This document shows, one piece after another, positions 9,909-24,121 of a DNA stretch of 64,000 bases. A program made the translations under genes and the position numbers. The notes under the pieces were generated by a model. It had not been told where the DNA came from, made no database searches, and saw nothing but the letters and a program-made list of their open reading frames with translations. Positions within the stretch are counted from its first letter, which is position 1. Every line of letters starts with the position of its first letter. The stretch is from Candidatus Eiseniibacteriota bacterium (GTDB lineage: Bacteria > Eisenbacteria > RBG-16-71-46): NCBI GenBank assembly GCA_038231135.1, contig JBBRLX010000001.1, positions 64,001 through 128,000 of the forward strand. Reading direction: 5' to 3'.

Positions 9909-10098
9909 GATCGAGTCCGCCTCCGTTGCTGGTTCACCGGACGCCCGCTTTGGGGGTCCGCCATCGTGTTTCGCAGGTGCTCGTCGAGGACGCCAGGCAC
10001 TCGATGCGGGCGCGCAGGATACGCAATTGGGCAGACACCGTCATCCTGCTACGCTGCTCCCGAAACCGGCTGGTTCACTCAATAGGGGAGTGTGTCCG

Positions 10099-11316
10099 TT
10101 GTCCTTCGCCCCGTTCGAATCCCTCGTGCTCGAGAGCACCACCCGCATCGTGCTGCTGGTGCTCGACGGGCTCGGCGACCTGCCCGATCCCGCCCACGAC
10201 CAGCGGACGCCACTGCTGGCCGCGCGCACGCCCAACCTCGATGCGATCGCGGTGCGCTCGGCGCTCGGTCGCATCCTGCCGGTCGCGCCCGGCATCACGC
10301 CCGGCAGCGGGCCCGGACATCTCGCGCTGTTCGGCTACGACCCGATCGAGACCCAGGTCGGGCGCGGCGTTCTCGAAGCACTGGGCGCCGGTATCGAGCT
10401 CAAGCACGGTGACGTCGCGGCGCGCGCGAACTTCTGCACGATCGACGCCGCCGGCGTCGTCACCGACCGCCGCGCCGGGCGCATTTCGACCGAGGTATGC
10501 ACGCGGCTCGTCGAGTTGCTGCGCGCCAGCTGCTCGAAGTTCGAAGACATCGAGGTCGTGCTCAAAGCCGGCAAGGGCCACCGGTTCGTCGCGGTGTTCC
10601 GCGGGCCCGGCCTCGCGGGGGCGGTGAGCGACGCGGATCCGCACAAGGAGGGCAAGCCGATCCCCGTAGCGCACGCGCTCGACCCGGACGCCGCGGCCGC
10701 GAAGACCGCGCGCATCGTGAACGCGTTCATGGACGCCGCGCGCCGCGTGCTCGCGACCGAGCACCCCGCGAATGCGGCGCTGATGCGCGGGCTGTCGGCG
10801 CGGCCCCGGCTGCGCAGCTACGCCGAGCGCTACAAGCTGCGCGCGGCGGCGGTCGCGGCATACCCGATGTATCGCGGCGTGGCCGAGCTGGCCGGCATGG
10901 AGCTGTTCCCGGTGGGGGAGGCGCCGGAGCAGGCGTTCGCCGAGGCCGCCCGGGTGTGGCCGGACCACGACTTCGTGTTCATCCATGTGAAGGGCACCGA
11001 CATGGCGGGCGAGGACGGCAACTTCGACGCCAAGGTTGCCACGCTCGAGGCCGTGGACCAGGCACTGCCCCCGCTGCTGGCGCTCGCGCCCGACGTGCTG
11101 TGCGTCACCGGCGACCATTCGACTCCGGTGCCGATGAAGGGCCATTCCTGGCATCCGGTGCCGGTGCTGGTCCACGGGCGGTTCTGTGGCGCCGACGGCG
11201 AGCCCCGGTTCAACGAGCGCAGCGCGCGGGGGGGCAGCCTCGGAACCTTTGCCAGCCGCGATCTGATGGCTATACTCCTTGCGAACGCCGGGCGCCTCGA
11301 CAAGTTCGGAGCCTGA
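10099..11316 (+). CDS. apgM: 2,3-bisphosphoglycerate-independent phosphoglycerate mutase, archaeal (ApgM) type
   Basis: LDGLGD, TPNLD, PGSGPGHLALFGYDP, TGDHSTP, HSWHPVP; TTG start after GGGGAG. Confidence 0.9.
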   Translation: MSFAPFESLVLESTTRIVLLVLDGLGDLPDPAHDQRTPLLAARTPNLDAIAVRSALGRILPVAPGITPGSGPGHLALFGYDPIETQVGRGVLEALGAGIELKHGDVAARANFCTIDAAGVVTDRRAGRISTEVCTRLVELLRASCSKFEDIEVVLKAGKGHRFVAVFRGPGLAGAVSDADPHKEGKPIPVAHALDPDAAAAKTARIVNAFMDAARRVLATEHPANAALMRGLSARPRLRSYAERYKLRAAAVAAYPMYRGVAELAGMELFPVGEAPEQAFAEAARVWPDHDFVFIHVKGTDMAGEDGNFDAKVATLEAVDQALPPLLALAPDVLCVTGDHSTPVPMKGHSWHPVPVLVHGRFCGADGEPRFNERSARGGSLGTFASRDLMAILLANAGRLDKFGA

Positions 11317-12582
11317 ATGACCTCACGTCCCGGTGTGCCCGCTCAGCCGTCTTCCTGCCACGATTCCCATGATCCCCACGATCCCGGCCGCGCCGGTTCC
11401 GGACGCTGGTGCCGGATGCCGCGTCCCGGCGCCGCCGCGCGCCTCGCCGCGTTCGGCATGCTCGCGCTGTGGCTCGCCGCCGCACGGGTCGAGGCGCAGC
11501 AGCCGTCGCCGCTCGACATCGGATTATGGCAGTTTCCCGGCGCGTCGTCGGCCCCGGCCACGGCGCGGTCGGCGTCGTTCGCGCTCGCCAACCGCTGGCT
11601 CGGCGACCAGCCGTTCGACAACCCGGCCGCCGGGCTCCACAGCGGCGTGTCGGCCTCCGGGCTGATCGAGCACGTCAGCCGCCAGGACCTGCGCTCGGTG
11701 AACCGGCAGTTCTCGGAGCAGAGCGCGTTCATCGATTTCGGCGGCGCGTGGGTCGCCGTGCCGGTCGGATCGGTGAAGCTCGTGGCCTATGCGTATCAGC
11801 CGGTGTTGCGGCTCGAGGACAACACGTTCACCCGCGGCGAGCTCGGCGGCCCCACGCAACCCGCGGTCGTGCTGAGCAACGGTTCTGCGCGCGAGCTGCG
11901 CGCGGGGCTCGCGGTGTCGAAGGCATTCGGTCCGCTGCGCGTCGGCGCGGCGGGGGAATGGAACCGGCGCTCGGACGTGTACGAGTACGAGGAGCGGTCG
12001 GGCTCGCCCGATCAGGGGCTGCGCCACGTCGACTTCGCCGGCGATGGCGTCGGCGGCCAGGCGGGCATCACATGGGGCGAGGACGCCGCGGACCGGCGCG
12101 GTTTCACGCTTGGCCTGTCCGCGCGGTACGCCCCGGCGATCACCGTGGATGGCGTCCAGAGTTTCCACCTGTTGTCGGGCGACAGCACCGGCACGGTGGC
12201 CTCGGACCACGATTCGGGCGTCGAAGCCGGCGCGTCGATCGGCTACCGGCTGAACGAGACGTTCCGAGTGATGCTCGGCGCGGGGGGGCGATCCCAGCGG
12301 GCGTGGCCGGACTTTGGAGTGACCGGTAGCCGGGCGCTCCAGTGGGGGGTGGGCGGCGAATTCCACGATGCACGCGACCCGTGGACCCTGCGGTTCGGCG
12401 TCGGGCAGGAGCACGAGCCCGACAACGCGGAATTCCGCTCCGGGCTCGTGGGACTCGGGGTGGGATGGAAGCTCGACCACTCGTCCATCGACGTCGGTCT
12501 GCTGCACCGCAGCATCAACCGCGGCGTGAGTCCCACGTCCTACGACGACCGCGTCATCGCGTCGGTCGCCGCCGACTTCTGA
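11317..12582 (+). CDS. Putative outer-membrane beta-barrel protein (start probably ~11416-11458)
   Basis: Signal peptide-like segment, alternating amphipathic strands, C-terminal Phe (VAADF). Confidence 0.65.
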   Translation: MTSRPGVPAQPSSCHDSHDPHDPGRAGSGRWCRMPRPGAAARLAAFGMLALWLAAARVEAQQPSPLDIGLWQFPGASSAPATARSASFALANRWLGDQPFDNPAAGLHSGVSASGLIEHVSRQDLRSVNRQFSEQSAFIDFGGAWVAVPVGSVKLVAYAYQPVLRLEDNTFTRGELGGPTQPAVVLSNGSARELRAGLAVSKAFGPLRVGAAGEWNRRSDVYEYEERSGSPDQGLRHVDFAGDGVGGQAGITWGEDAADRRGFTLGLSARYAPAITVDGVQSFHLLSGDSTGTVASDHDSGVEAGASIGYRLNETFRVMLGAGGRSQRAWPDFGVTGSRALQWGVGGEFHDARDPWTLRFGVGQEHEPDNAEFRSGLVGLGVGWKLDHSSIDVGLLHRSINRGVSPTSYDDRVIASVAADF

Positions 12583-12617
12583 GGGGGGCGGCCGCCGCTG
12601 CGCACGCTTGGCACTGG

Positions 12618-12626
12618 TGCTATACT
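12618..12626 (+). promoter_or_regulatory. Extended -10 promoter candidate for tRNA-Leu/tig
   Basis: TGCTATACT about 95 nt before the tRNA. Confidence 0.45.
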
Positions 12627-12719
12627 GGCGCAAACCATTGACCCACGCCTGTTTCGCGGACGTTGTTCCGCGGATGGGTCCCGCGGATCTCGCGCGTCCG
12701 CCCGTCGGTTGCGACGAGT

Positions 12720-12804
12720 GCGAGAGTGGCGGAACTGGCAGACGCGCTGGACTTAGGATCCAGTGGGGAAACTCGTGGGGGTTCAAATCCCCCCTCTCGC
12801 ACCA
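12720..12804 (+). tRNA. tRNA-Leu(TAG)
   Basis: GCGAGAG/CTCTCGC acceptor stem, anticodon arm CTGGA-CTTAGGA-TCCAG, long variable arm, GGTTCAAATCC, encoded CCA. Confidence 0.96.
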
Positions 12805-12845
12805 CCGTTCGGCCCGCAGCGGCCTCAGACCCTGGAGTGACACGA

Positions 12846-14141
12846 ATGAACGTAACGTCCCGAGCGACCGGAGCGTGGCAGCATACGCTCGACATCGACG
12901 TTCCGGTGGCCGAGGTGGATCGGACGCTCGACGAGGTGGCGCGCCAGGTGCAGCGCCGCGCGAGCATCCCGGGGTTCCGGCGTGGCAAGGTGCCGCTGGA
13001 GATGGTCCGCCAGCAGTTCGCCGACCGCGTGGAGCAGGAGTTCCTCGAGACCTATGTGCCCAAGATCGCCGGCGAGGCGATCGAGCAGTCGCGTCTCGAC
13101 CCGGTGGTCACGCCGCTCGTCCGTAACCTCAAATTCAGCCCCGGGATGCCGCTGCAGTTCGAAGTGCTGGTCGATGTGAAGCCCGAGGTCGAGGCGAAGG
13201 ACTACAAGGGCCTGAAGGCGCAGCGCGAAACGCATGCCATCGAAGAAGATGCGGTCGAGCGCGTGCTGACCGACCTGCTCGAGCAGTCGGCGGTGTACGT
13301 CGACCTTGAGCGGCCCGCCCAGCGCGGCGACGTGGTGCTGCTCGATTCCACCCGGATCGACGCCAACGGCCGCCGACTGGCGTCGTCACGGGCCAAGGGG
13401 CGCCGGATCCAGCTTGGAGCGCCGGACCTGCTGCCGGACCTCGAGAACGCGCTGCTCGGGACGGAAGCGGGCCAGGAGCGTACAGTCGAGGTGAATTACC
13501 CCGCTGATTATCCGGCAGAGGAGCTGGCGGGCAAGCCTGCCCGTTACGTGGTGAAGATCCGCAAGATCCAGGAAAAGAAACTCCGGGATCTGGACGATAA
13601 CCTTGCTCGGGACGTGTTTCAGCTTGGATCACTCGAGGAGCTCAGATCCCGGGTCCGGCTGAATCTCGAAGGCGAACACCGCGTCCGAATGCAGCGGGAG
13701 CTCGAAGATTCGATCGGGGAGGGGCTGCTGTCCCGAAACACCGTCGAGTTGCCCGAGCGGTGGGTACAATGGATGCTCGAACGGGTGATCGCGGACGCCG
13801 CTGGCAGCACCGAGGTGCCGGAGGCCATGCGGACCGAGCTGGTGCAACGCTACCGGCCCGGTGTGGAACGCTCGCTCAAGCGGTCGGTGTTGCTCGACGC
13901 GGTGGCACGGCAGGAGAAGCTCGAAGCGACGGATGACGAGGTGGCCGAGGAGATCGGGCGCATGGCGCAGGCCGATCCGCGGCAGGCGGCCCGGATTCGT
14001 GCCCGGTACGCCACGGCCGAACGCCGCGAGACGCTGCGCGACTCGCTACGTGAACGCAAGGCTTTGGACTGGTTGATCCAGGCGGCGGAGATTCAGGAAA
14101 CCGCGGGAACGTCTTCGATCGTGGTTCCGGCAGGTCGCTGA
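12846..14141 (+). CDS. tig: Trigger factor
   Basis: [10 protein letters not shown] ribosome-binding motif; tRNA-Leu-tig-clpP-clpX-lon synteny. Confidence 0.95.
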   Translation: MNVTSRATGAWQHTLDIDVPVAEVDRTLDEVARQVQRRASIPGFRRGKVPLEMVRQQFADRVEQEFLETYVPKIAGEAIEQSRLDPVVTPLVRNLKFSPGMPLQFEVLVDVKPEVEAKDYKGLKAQRETHAIEEDAVERVLTDLLEQSAVYVDLERPAQRGDVVLLDSTRIDANGRRLASSRAKGRRIQLGAPDLLPDLENALLGTEAGQERTVEVNYPADYPAEELAGKPARYVVKIRKIQEKKLRDLDDNLARDVFQLGSLEELRSRVRLNLEGEHRVRMQRELEDSIGEGLLSRNTVELPERWVQWMLERVIADAAGSTEVPEAMRTELVQRYRPGVERSLKRSVLLDAVARQEKLEATDDEVAEEIGRMAQADPRQAARIRARYATAERRETLRDSLRERKALDWLIQAAEIQETAGTSSIVVPAGR

Positions 14142-14199
14142 AGCATCTGGAAGGCAGCGGCATCGAACATTGGCGGCATCTTCAGGGAGGAGTCGCGGT

Positions 14200-14784
14200 A
14201 TGGGTCTGGTTCCCATCGTCGTCGAACAAACCGGCCGGGGCGAGCGTGCCTACGACATCTATTCACGCCTGCTCAAGGACCGCATCATCTTCATCGGGAC
14301 TCCGATCGACGACCACGTGGCCAACCTCGTGATCGCACAGATGATCTTCCTCGAAGGCGAGGATCCCGATCGCGACATCAACATTTACATCCACAGCCCC
14401 GGCGGAATGGTCACGGCCGGGCTCGCCATCTACGATACGATGCAGTTCGTGAAGCCGGACATCGCCACGCTGTGCATGGGCCAGGCCGCGAGCATGGCCG
14501 CGGTGCTGCTGGCCGCGGGCGCCCCCGCCAAGCGCTCGGCGCTGCCGAACGCCCGGATCATGATCCACCAGCCGCTCGGCGGCACCCAGGGCCAGGCGAC
14601 GGACATCGAGATCTACGCCAAGGAAATGTTGAAGATGAAGGAGCGGTTGAACGGTATCATGGCCAAGCACACCGGCCGCACGATCGACCAGATCGAGAAG
14701 GACACCGACCGGGACAACTTCATGTCTTCCGCCGAAGCGAAGACGTACGGCATCATCGACGACATCATCGACAAACGTAAGTAA
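14200..14784 (+). CDS. clpP: ATP-dependent Clp protease proteolytic subunit
   Basis: [25 protein letters not shown]. Confidence 0.98.
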   Translation: MGLVPIVVEQTGRGERAYDIYSRLLKDRIIFIGTPIDDHVANLVIAQMIFLEGEDPDRDINIYIHSPGGMVTAGLAIYDTMQFVKPDIATLCMGQAASMAAVLLAAGAPAKRSALPNARIMIHQPLGGTQGQATDIEIYAKEMLKMKERLNGIMAKHTGRTIDQIEKDTDRDNFMSSAEAKTYGIIDDIIDKRK

Positions 14785-14803
14785 CCGGTCCGACGAGGAA
14801 TCC

Positions 14804-16063
<1,260 letters not shown>

Positions 16064-16071
16064 TCCTACGC

Positions 16072-16103
16072 CGGGCGGCCGCCGAGCGGCCGCCCGTTTC
16101 GTT
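16072..16103 (+). terminator. GC hairpin / weak intrinsic terminator between clpX and lon
   Basis: CGGGCGGCCGC-CGA-GCGGCCGCCCG followed by TTTCGTT. Confidence 0.55.
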
Positions 16104-16150
16104 ATCGGTGCACCGGGCGCGGCACGCGTGTCCGGCGCCCGCCCAGAGGA

Positions 16151-18694
<2,544 letters not shown>

Positions 18695-18772
18695 TCTGGG
18701 TCCGGACCGCGCGTTCGGCCCCCGCCTGACGAGTTCGGAACACGATTCACACGCTACGAGGGAGTGGAACCC

Positions 18773-19942
18773 ATGACCGTGACGACACCGCCTGCCCGCA
18801 CCACCGCCAAGACGTTCACCCGCACCCGGTTGTTCACGCCCGGTCCGGTCGAGATCCCGAGCCGCGTGCTGCGCGCGCTGTCGCAGATTCCGCCGCACCA
18901 CCGCACGGAGGTGTTCCGCGCGCTGTACATGCGGGTGACCGATGCCATGCGCACGCTGCACCAGACCGCGGGAGAGGTGTTCCTGCTCGCCGCGTCCGGC
19001 AGCGGCGCCATGGAAGCCGCGGTCGTCAACGTGATGTCCCCCGGCCAGAAGGCGCTGGCGGTCGTGGGCGGCAAGTTCGGCGAGCGCTGGGCGTCGCTGC
19101 TCAAGGCCTATGGCGTGCCGCACGATCTGGTCGACGTCGAGTGGGGCCACGCCGTGGAGCCGTCCCAGATCGAGCATGCGCTCGACAAGGACAAGACGAT
19201 CACCGCCGTGTTCGCCACCCACAGCGAGACCTCGACGGGCGCGCTGCACGACGTCGAAGCGTTCGCGAAGATCACCAAGGCGCGCGGCGTGAAGCTCGTG
19301 ATCGATGCGGTCACCAGCCTCGCCGTGCATCCGCTGCCGCAGGACGCCTGGGGCATCGACGTGGTCGTGTGCGGATCGCAGAAGGGCCTGATGTGCCCTC
19401 CCGGCCTCGCGTCGGTGAGCCTCGCGCCCTGGGCCGCGGCGGCGATCGAGCAGGGCCTGCCGCGGTTCTACTTCGACCTGCGGCGCGCGCGGAAGAGCGC
19501 TCCGCTGGGCGAATCGCCGTTCACGCCCGCCGTGAGCCTGGTGCTGGCGCTGGAAGAGGCGCTCGCCATGATGAACGAGGAGGGTCTCGACCAGGTGCAT
19601 GCGCGCCACCGCCGGCTGGCCGGCGCGATGCGCGCCGGGGCGCAGGCGGCGGGCTACGCGCTGTTCTCCTCCAGCCCGTCCTATGCCGTCACGGCGCTGC
19701 TGCCGCCGTCGGGCGTCGAAGCGTCCGCGGTGGTGAAGCGGCTGCGCGACGTGCACGGCATGGTCGTCGCGGGCGGGCAGGACAAGCTGAAGGGCAGGAT
19801 CCTGCGCATTGGCCACATGGGCGCCTACGACTTCTCGGATATCGTCGCGATGGCGAGCGCGCTCGAGGAATGCGCGACCGCGCTCGGGGCGCGCGCCTCG
19901 GGAGCCGCCGACGCCGCGCGCGCCGCATGGGAAGCCGTCTAG
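18773..19942 (+). CDS. Class V PLP aminotransferase (serine-pyruvate/alanine-glyoxylate family)
   Basis: LFTPGP, HSETSTG, DAVTS, GSQKGLMCPPG, RIGHMG. Confidence 0.92.
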   Translation: MTVTTPPARTTAKTFTRTRLFTPGPVEIPSRVLRALSQIPPHHRTEVFRALYMRVTDAMRTLHQTAGEVFLLAASGSGAMEAAVVNVMSPGQKALAVVGGKFGERWASLLKAYGVPHDLVDVEWGHAVEPSQIEHALDKDKTITAVFATHSETSTGALHDVEAFAKITKARGVKLVIDAVTSLAVHPLPQDAWGIDVVVCGSQKGLMCPPGLASVSLAPWAAAAIEQGLPRFYFDLRRARKSAPLGESPFTPAVSLVLALEEALAMMNEEGLDQVHARHRRLAGAMRAGAQAAGYALFSSSPSYAVTALLPPSGVEASAVVKRLRDVHGMVVAGGQDKLKGRILRIGHMGAYDFSDIVAMASALEECATALGARASGAADAARAAWEAV

Positions 19943-19943
19943 C

Positions 19944-20855
19944 ATGAAGGCATTCCTGGCAGAGAAGCTGGCCCCGGCCGCGGCGGACTGCCTGCGTGCC
20001 GCGGGCTGGGAAGTGGTCGAGCGCACCGGGCTCCAGGGCGCGGAGCTGGCGGCGGCGCTCGCCGGCTGCGACGCGCTGCTCGTGCGTGGCGCCACCAAGG
20101 TCACCGCCGACGTGCTGCGCGCCGCGAACGGGCTCAAGGCCGTCGCCCGCGCCGGCACCGGGCTCGACAACGTGGACGTCGCGACCGCGAAGGAGCTGGG
20201 AATCCAGGTGCTGAACGCGCCGGCCGCGAACACGATCTCGGTCGCGGAGCTCACCCTCGGCTTGCTGCTCGCGCTTGAACGCCAGCTCGTGCCCGCGGCC
20301 TCGGACCTGCGCGCCGGAAAGTGGGAGAAGGCCAAGTACTCCGGCCGTGAACTCAACGGCAAGACGCTCGGACTCGTCGGCTTCGGCCACATCGGCCGCG
20401 CCGTCGCGATGCGTGCGCGTGCGTTCGAGATGGACGTGATCGCCACCGATCCGTTCATCGGCACCTGGCCCGGCGAATTCGGCTGGGTGCGCGAGACGCC
20501 GCTCGCCGACATGCTGCCGAAGGTGGACTACCTGTCGCTGCACGTGCCGCTCACCAAGGACACGCGCGGCCTGATCGGCGCCGCCGAGCTCGCCCGCATG
20601 AAGCCCGACGCCGTGATCGTGAACTGCGCGCGCGGCGGCATCGTGGACGAGTCCGCGCTGCTCGCGGCGCTGACCACGGGCAAGCTGCGCGGCGCGGCAC
20701 TCGACGTGTTCGCCACCGAGCCCCCCGGCGAGCTTCCGCTACTCGCGCTGCCCAACGTGATCGCCACGCCGCATCTGGGCGCGTCGACGCGCGAGGCGCA
20801 GGATCGCGCGGGCGTGGAAGCGGCGCAGCGGGTGATCGCGGCGCTGAAGGGCTGA
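19944..20855 (+). CDS. serA: D-3-phosphoglycerate dehydrogenase-like 2-hydroxyacid dehydrogenase (no ACT domain)
   Basis: RAGTGLDNVD, GFGHIG, NCARGG, TPHLGAST. Confidence 0.8.
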   Translation: MKAFLAEKLAPAAADCLRAAGWEVVERTGLQGAELAAALAGCDALLVRGATKVTADVLRAANGLKAVARAGTGLDNVDVATAKELGIQVLNAPAANTISVAELTLGLLLALERQLVPAASDLRAGKWEKAKYSGRELNGKTLGLVGFGHIGRAVAMRARAFEMDVIATDPFIGTWPGEFGWVRETPLADMLPKVDYLSLHVPLTKDTRGLIGAAELARMKPDAVIVNCARGGIVDESALLAALTTGKLRGAALDVFATEPPGELPLLALPNVIATPHLGASTREAQDRAGVEAAQRVIAALKG

Positions 20856-20889
20856 GGCGCGGCGCGGGCTCGGTCTGCGCGTGCTTTTG

Positions 20890-20922
20890 GGCGAAACCCC
20901 CGCACCGGGGGTTCGCCGTTTT
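20890..20922 (+). terminator. Intrinsic terminator candidate after serA
   Basis: GGCGAA(A)CCCCCG-CAC-CGGGGGTTCGCC followed by GTTTT. Confidence 0.6.
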
Positions 20923-20978
20923 ACGTCACCCCGCCCCTCTGCTAGCGTCCCCCGGCTTTTTCAACGGGAGGGACGCGC

Positions 20979-22247
20979 GTGCCGTGCACGGTGGTGGTGG
21001 GCGCCCAGTGGGGTGATGAGGGCAAGGGCAAGATCGTCGACGCGCTGAGCGCGAAGTCCGACGTGGTCGCGCGCTACCAGGGCGGCCCCAATGCCGGGCA
21101 CAGCGTAATCTGGCAGGGCCGCACGATCGTGCTGCACCTGGTGCCGTCGGGCGTGCTGCACGCGCGCACTCGCTGCCTGATCGGCAACGGCGTGGTGATC
21201 GATCTCGCGAAGCTCCGCGAGGAGGTCGCTATGCTCGAATCGCTCGGCGTCGACGTCGCGGGCCGCATCGGCGTGAGCCCCGCGGCGCACCTGATCCTGC
21301 CCTATCATCGTGTGGTCGAGAGCGTCGCCGAGCAGGGCCCGACCGCGATCGGCACCACCGGGCGCGGCATCGGGTTCGCGTACCGCGACAAGGCCGCACG
21401 CACCGGGCTGCGTGTCGGCGATCTCGATGACGGCGCGGTATTCGCGGCGACCGCCGACCGCAACCTCGCTGCGCTGCGGCGCGAATTCCCGACGGCCGAG
21501 CTCGGGCGCATGACCGGGGCGTCGGTGTTCGAGGAGTTGCGCGAGCACGCCCGGTGGCTGGCGCCGATGGTGTGCGACGTGTCGGACGAGCTGCATCGCG
21601 CGCTCGGCGACGGCCGCCAGGTGCTGCTGGAAGGCGCGCAGGGCACGCTCCTCGATCTCGACCACGGCACCTATCCCTTCGTGACCTCGTCCGCCGCGAG
21701 TGCCGCGGGCGCGCCGCTGGGCGTGGGGCTCGGACCGCGGGCCGTGGATCGCGTGATCGGTGTGAGCAAGGCGTACACCACGCGCGTGGGGCACGGCCCG
21801 TTCCCGAGCGAGATGGCCGACGCCGAGGCGTCGCGGCTGCGGGAGGCGGGCGAGGAGTTCGGCGCGACCACGGGCCGGCCGCGCCGCTGCGGCTGGCTCG
21901 ACATCCCGGCGCTGCGCTACGCCGCGCGCGTGAACGGCTTCGACGAGCTGGTGATCACCAAGCTCGACGTGCTCGACGAATTCGACGAGATCCGCGCCGT
22001 GATCGGTTACGAGCGCGACGGCAAACCGCTGCCAGGCTTTCCCGCCAGCGCTACGACGCTCGAGCAATGCCGGCCAGTGCACACGAGCTTCCCCGGCTGG
22101 CGCGCGAGTACGGAGTCGGCTCGGAGCTGGCGCGATCTGCCCGCGAACGCCCGCGGCTACCTAGAATGGATCGAGCGCGAGAGCGGCGTGCGGATCGGCA
22201 CCGTGTCGGTCGGCGCCGGGCGCGACGCGGAGCTGGCGCGGGGGTAG
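20979..22247 (+). CDS. purA: Adenylosuccinate synthetase
   Basis: QWGDEGKGK, GTTGRGIG, EGAQG, GATTGRPRRCGW. Confidence 0.98.
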   Translation: MPCTVVVGAQWGDEGKGKIVDALSAKSDVVARYQGGPNAGHSVIWQGRTIVLHLVPSGVLHARTRCLIGNGVVIDLAKLREEVAMLESLGVDVAGRIGVSPAAHLILPYHRVVESVAEQGPTAIGTTGRGIGFAYRDKAARTGLRVGDLDDGAVFAATADRNLAALRREFPTAELGRMTGASVFEELREHARWLAPMVCDVSDELHRALGDGRQVLLEGAQGTLLDLDHGTYPFVTSSAASAAGAPLGVGLGPRAVDRVIGVSKAYTTRVGHGPFPSEMADAEASRLREAGEEFGATTGRPRRCGWLDIPALRYAARVNGFDELVITKLDVLDEFDEIRAVIGYERDGKPLPGFPASATTLEQCRPVHTSFPGWRASTESARSWRDLPANARGYLEWIERESGVRIGTVSVGAGRDAELARG

Positions 22248-22359
22248 AGCGGCGCGGGGAGCGAAGGCGGGTTTTCGATTGCTCCCCGGCGGGTTAACTT
22301 CTCCCGAAGCTGCACACCCCGTTGATCCATGCCTCAGGCCCCATACACGAGGAGACGTC

Positions 22360-22680
22360 ATGCTGATCGTCCGCGAAACCATGTACTGCAAGCCCGGCAA
22401 GGTGCGCCCCATGGTCGAGAAGTTCGTCGCGATGTCGAAGCTCATGGAGAAGTCGGGCATGGGAAAGATGCGCGTGCTCACCGACGTCAGCGCCGAGAGC
22501 TACTGGATGATCGTTGCGGAGATGGAAGTGGCGAGCCTCGACGCCTTCGAGAAGATGATGGTCCCGGGCCAGGGCCAGGGCCAGGGCGGCGCGGCCGCGA
22601 AGGAGATCGAGGAGTTGATGAAGGGCTACCACGATCTCGTGGATCACGGGAAGCGCGAGATCTTCAAGATCGAAGTCTAA
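22360..22680 (+). CDS. Small NIPSNAP-like/dimeric alpha-beta barrel hypothetical protein
   Basis: MLIVRETMYCKPGK...GKREIFKIEV; AGGAG SD. Confidence 0.7.
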   Translation: MLIVRETMYCKPGKVRPMVEKFVAMSKLMEKSGMGKMRVLTDVSAESYWMIVAEMEVASLDAFEKMMVPGQGQGQGGAAAKEIEELMKGYHDLVDHGKREIFKIEV

Positions 22681-22708
22681 CCGCGGCGCGTCCCGCGCCC
22701 GTGACGGT

Positions 22709-22784
22709 GACCCGTTAGCTCAGTCGGTAGAGCACCTGCCTTTTAAGCAGGGAGTCGCTGGTTCGATCCCAGCACGGGTCACCA
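22709..22784 (+). tRNA. tRNA-Lys(TTT)
   Basis: GACCCGT/ACGGGTC acceptor stem, anticodon arm CCTGC-CTTTTAA-GCAGG, GGTTCGATCC, CCA. Confidence 0.96.
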
Positions 22785-22984
22785 ACACGTAGCAGCTTTT
22801 CCACTGGTGAAAATACTTGCTCAACTTCAATTACGCGTCCGTATCCGGGCGAGACGACGGAGAGCGAGGGCCCATTCCCCTCGCGATCTTCGGTAGCATG
22901 TGGATGGTCTTGTCGTAATCCGCCGGACTTGGCTCTCCGTAGGGCCCTCTCGTGTTCGGAAAACTTGCTGGATCTCCCACATGC

Positions 22985-24043
22985 CTACCGGCCGAACACC
23001 AGGGGGACAGCGACCCAGACGGCAACGGGCTGGCTCTTCGCGAGCGCCGGCTTGAAGACCCATTTCCGAATGCATTCTTCAGCTGTCCGATCGAGTAACG
23101 GAATTGACTTCTCGATCCGTGTGTCCTTCACGAGGCCGTCTGCGCCGACCAATACCTGCACCACGACGGTGTCGGACACGCCGCTGCGTGAGACGTCGTC
23201 GGGATATTCGGGTCGGACCTTTAGTAGGGCTATAGGAGGTTCTTCCACGAACACGTGCTCGCCGAACCTCGGAAGGTGGTCATCGGTTACGCGGGGCATT
23301 CGGGGGAGCCGTGAGTCACGCCGGAGTCGGATCGTGATCGGGTCGCGCGGTACCTGAGTGTCCAGGTGCCCGCCGATGTATGCAAAGGCACAAGCGTCCA
23401 CGCCGATGCGGCCAACTGGAACATCGGCGATGTTGAAGGTTCCAAGTCTGTCCGTGTAGGCAGCCAACCTCGTCGCAACGACTACCACGCATGCCGAAAG
23501 TCCGATGGGGTTGCCCGTCGAGTCATCGACGACGTTCCCTCGCAGGACCGTTGTTGGATGCGGCTTCGGCGGTGGCTCCGGCCACCTCGGGACAAGTTTC
23601 ACCCGAAACCACATGAGCGCGTCGTCCACGTTGATCGTGTGGAAGGCAGTGGGCCGTGTCGTGATGGTCACCGAATCCCACCCGTAGACGCCAGGCGCCT
23701 TGGAGTCCCTCCCATCCAGTGCGAGGGCGCTCTTCTGGAAGAGCAGGCGCACCGCGTGAGTGTCGAGGCGCTTCCCGAGTCTGAACGACGGGCTGTTGAT
23801 GAAACCGAACGTGTTCCCGACTGTCTCGCCCGGCCGAACGCGCCATGTGAGCGAGTCCCATCCCCACTCGGAATCATTGCAGATGTCCATGTCTCCGCCC
23901 CATGACTTGAACATCACGCGCACGGTCACGCTGTCCGCGTGCGCGATTCTTCGACGAGGAGTGTGAGAGGTCGTAGAACCTCCCCTCGCGGATGCCGTGA
24001 GCAGGAAAGCCGCAACGAGAAGCAAGTTGGATCGCGCGCCCAT
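22985..24043 (-). CDS. Secreted protein with carboxypeptidase-regulatory-like Ig domain and C-terminal TonB_C domain
   Basis: LRGNVVDDSTGNPI...TDRLGTF; PEYP...VVVQVLVGADG...WVFKPA. Confidence 0.75.
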   Translation of the reverse strand: MGARSNLLLVAAFLLTASARGGSTTSHTPRRRIAHADSVTVRVMFKSWGGDMDICNDSEWGWDSLTWRVRPGETVGNTFGFINSPSFRLGKRLDTHAVRLLFQKSALALDGRDSKAPGVYGWDSVTITTRPTAFHTINVDDALMWFRVKLVPRWPEPPPKPHPTTVLRGNVVDDSTGNPIGLSACVVVVATRLAAYTDRLGTFNIADVPVGRIGVDACAFAYIGGHLDTQVPRDPITIRLRRDSRLPRMPRVTDDHLPRFGEHVFVEEPPIALLKVRPEYPDDVSRSGVSDTVVVQVLVGADGLVKDTRIEKSIPLLDRTAEECIRKWVFKPALAKSQPVAVWVAVPLVFGR

Positions 24044-24121
24044 AGGATCGCCCAACTGTACAGGGTGTCTTGCGGACATCGAAATGCGCGGATGGCGCGC
24101 AGCCGCGCAAAACCCTGGCCC

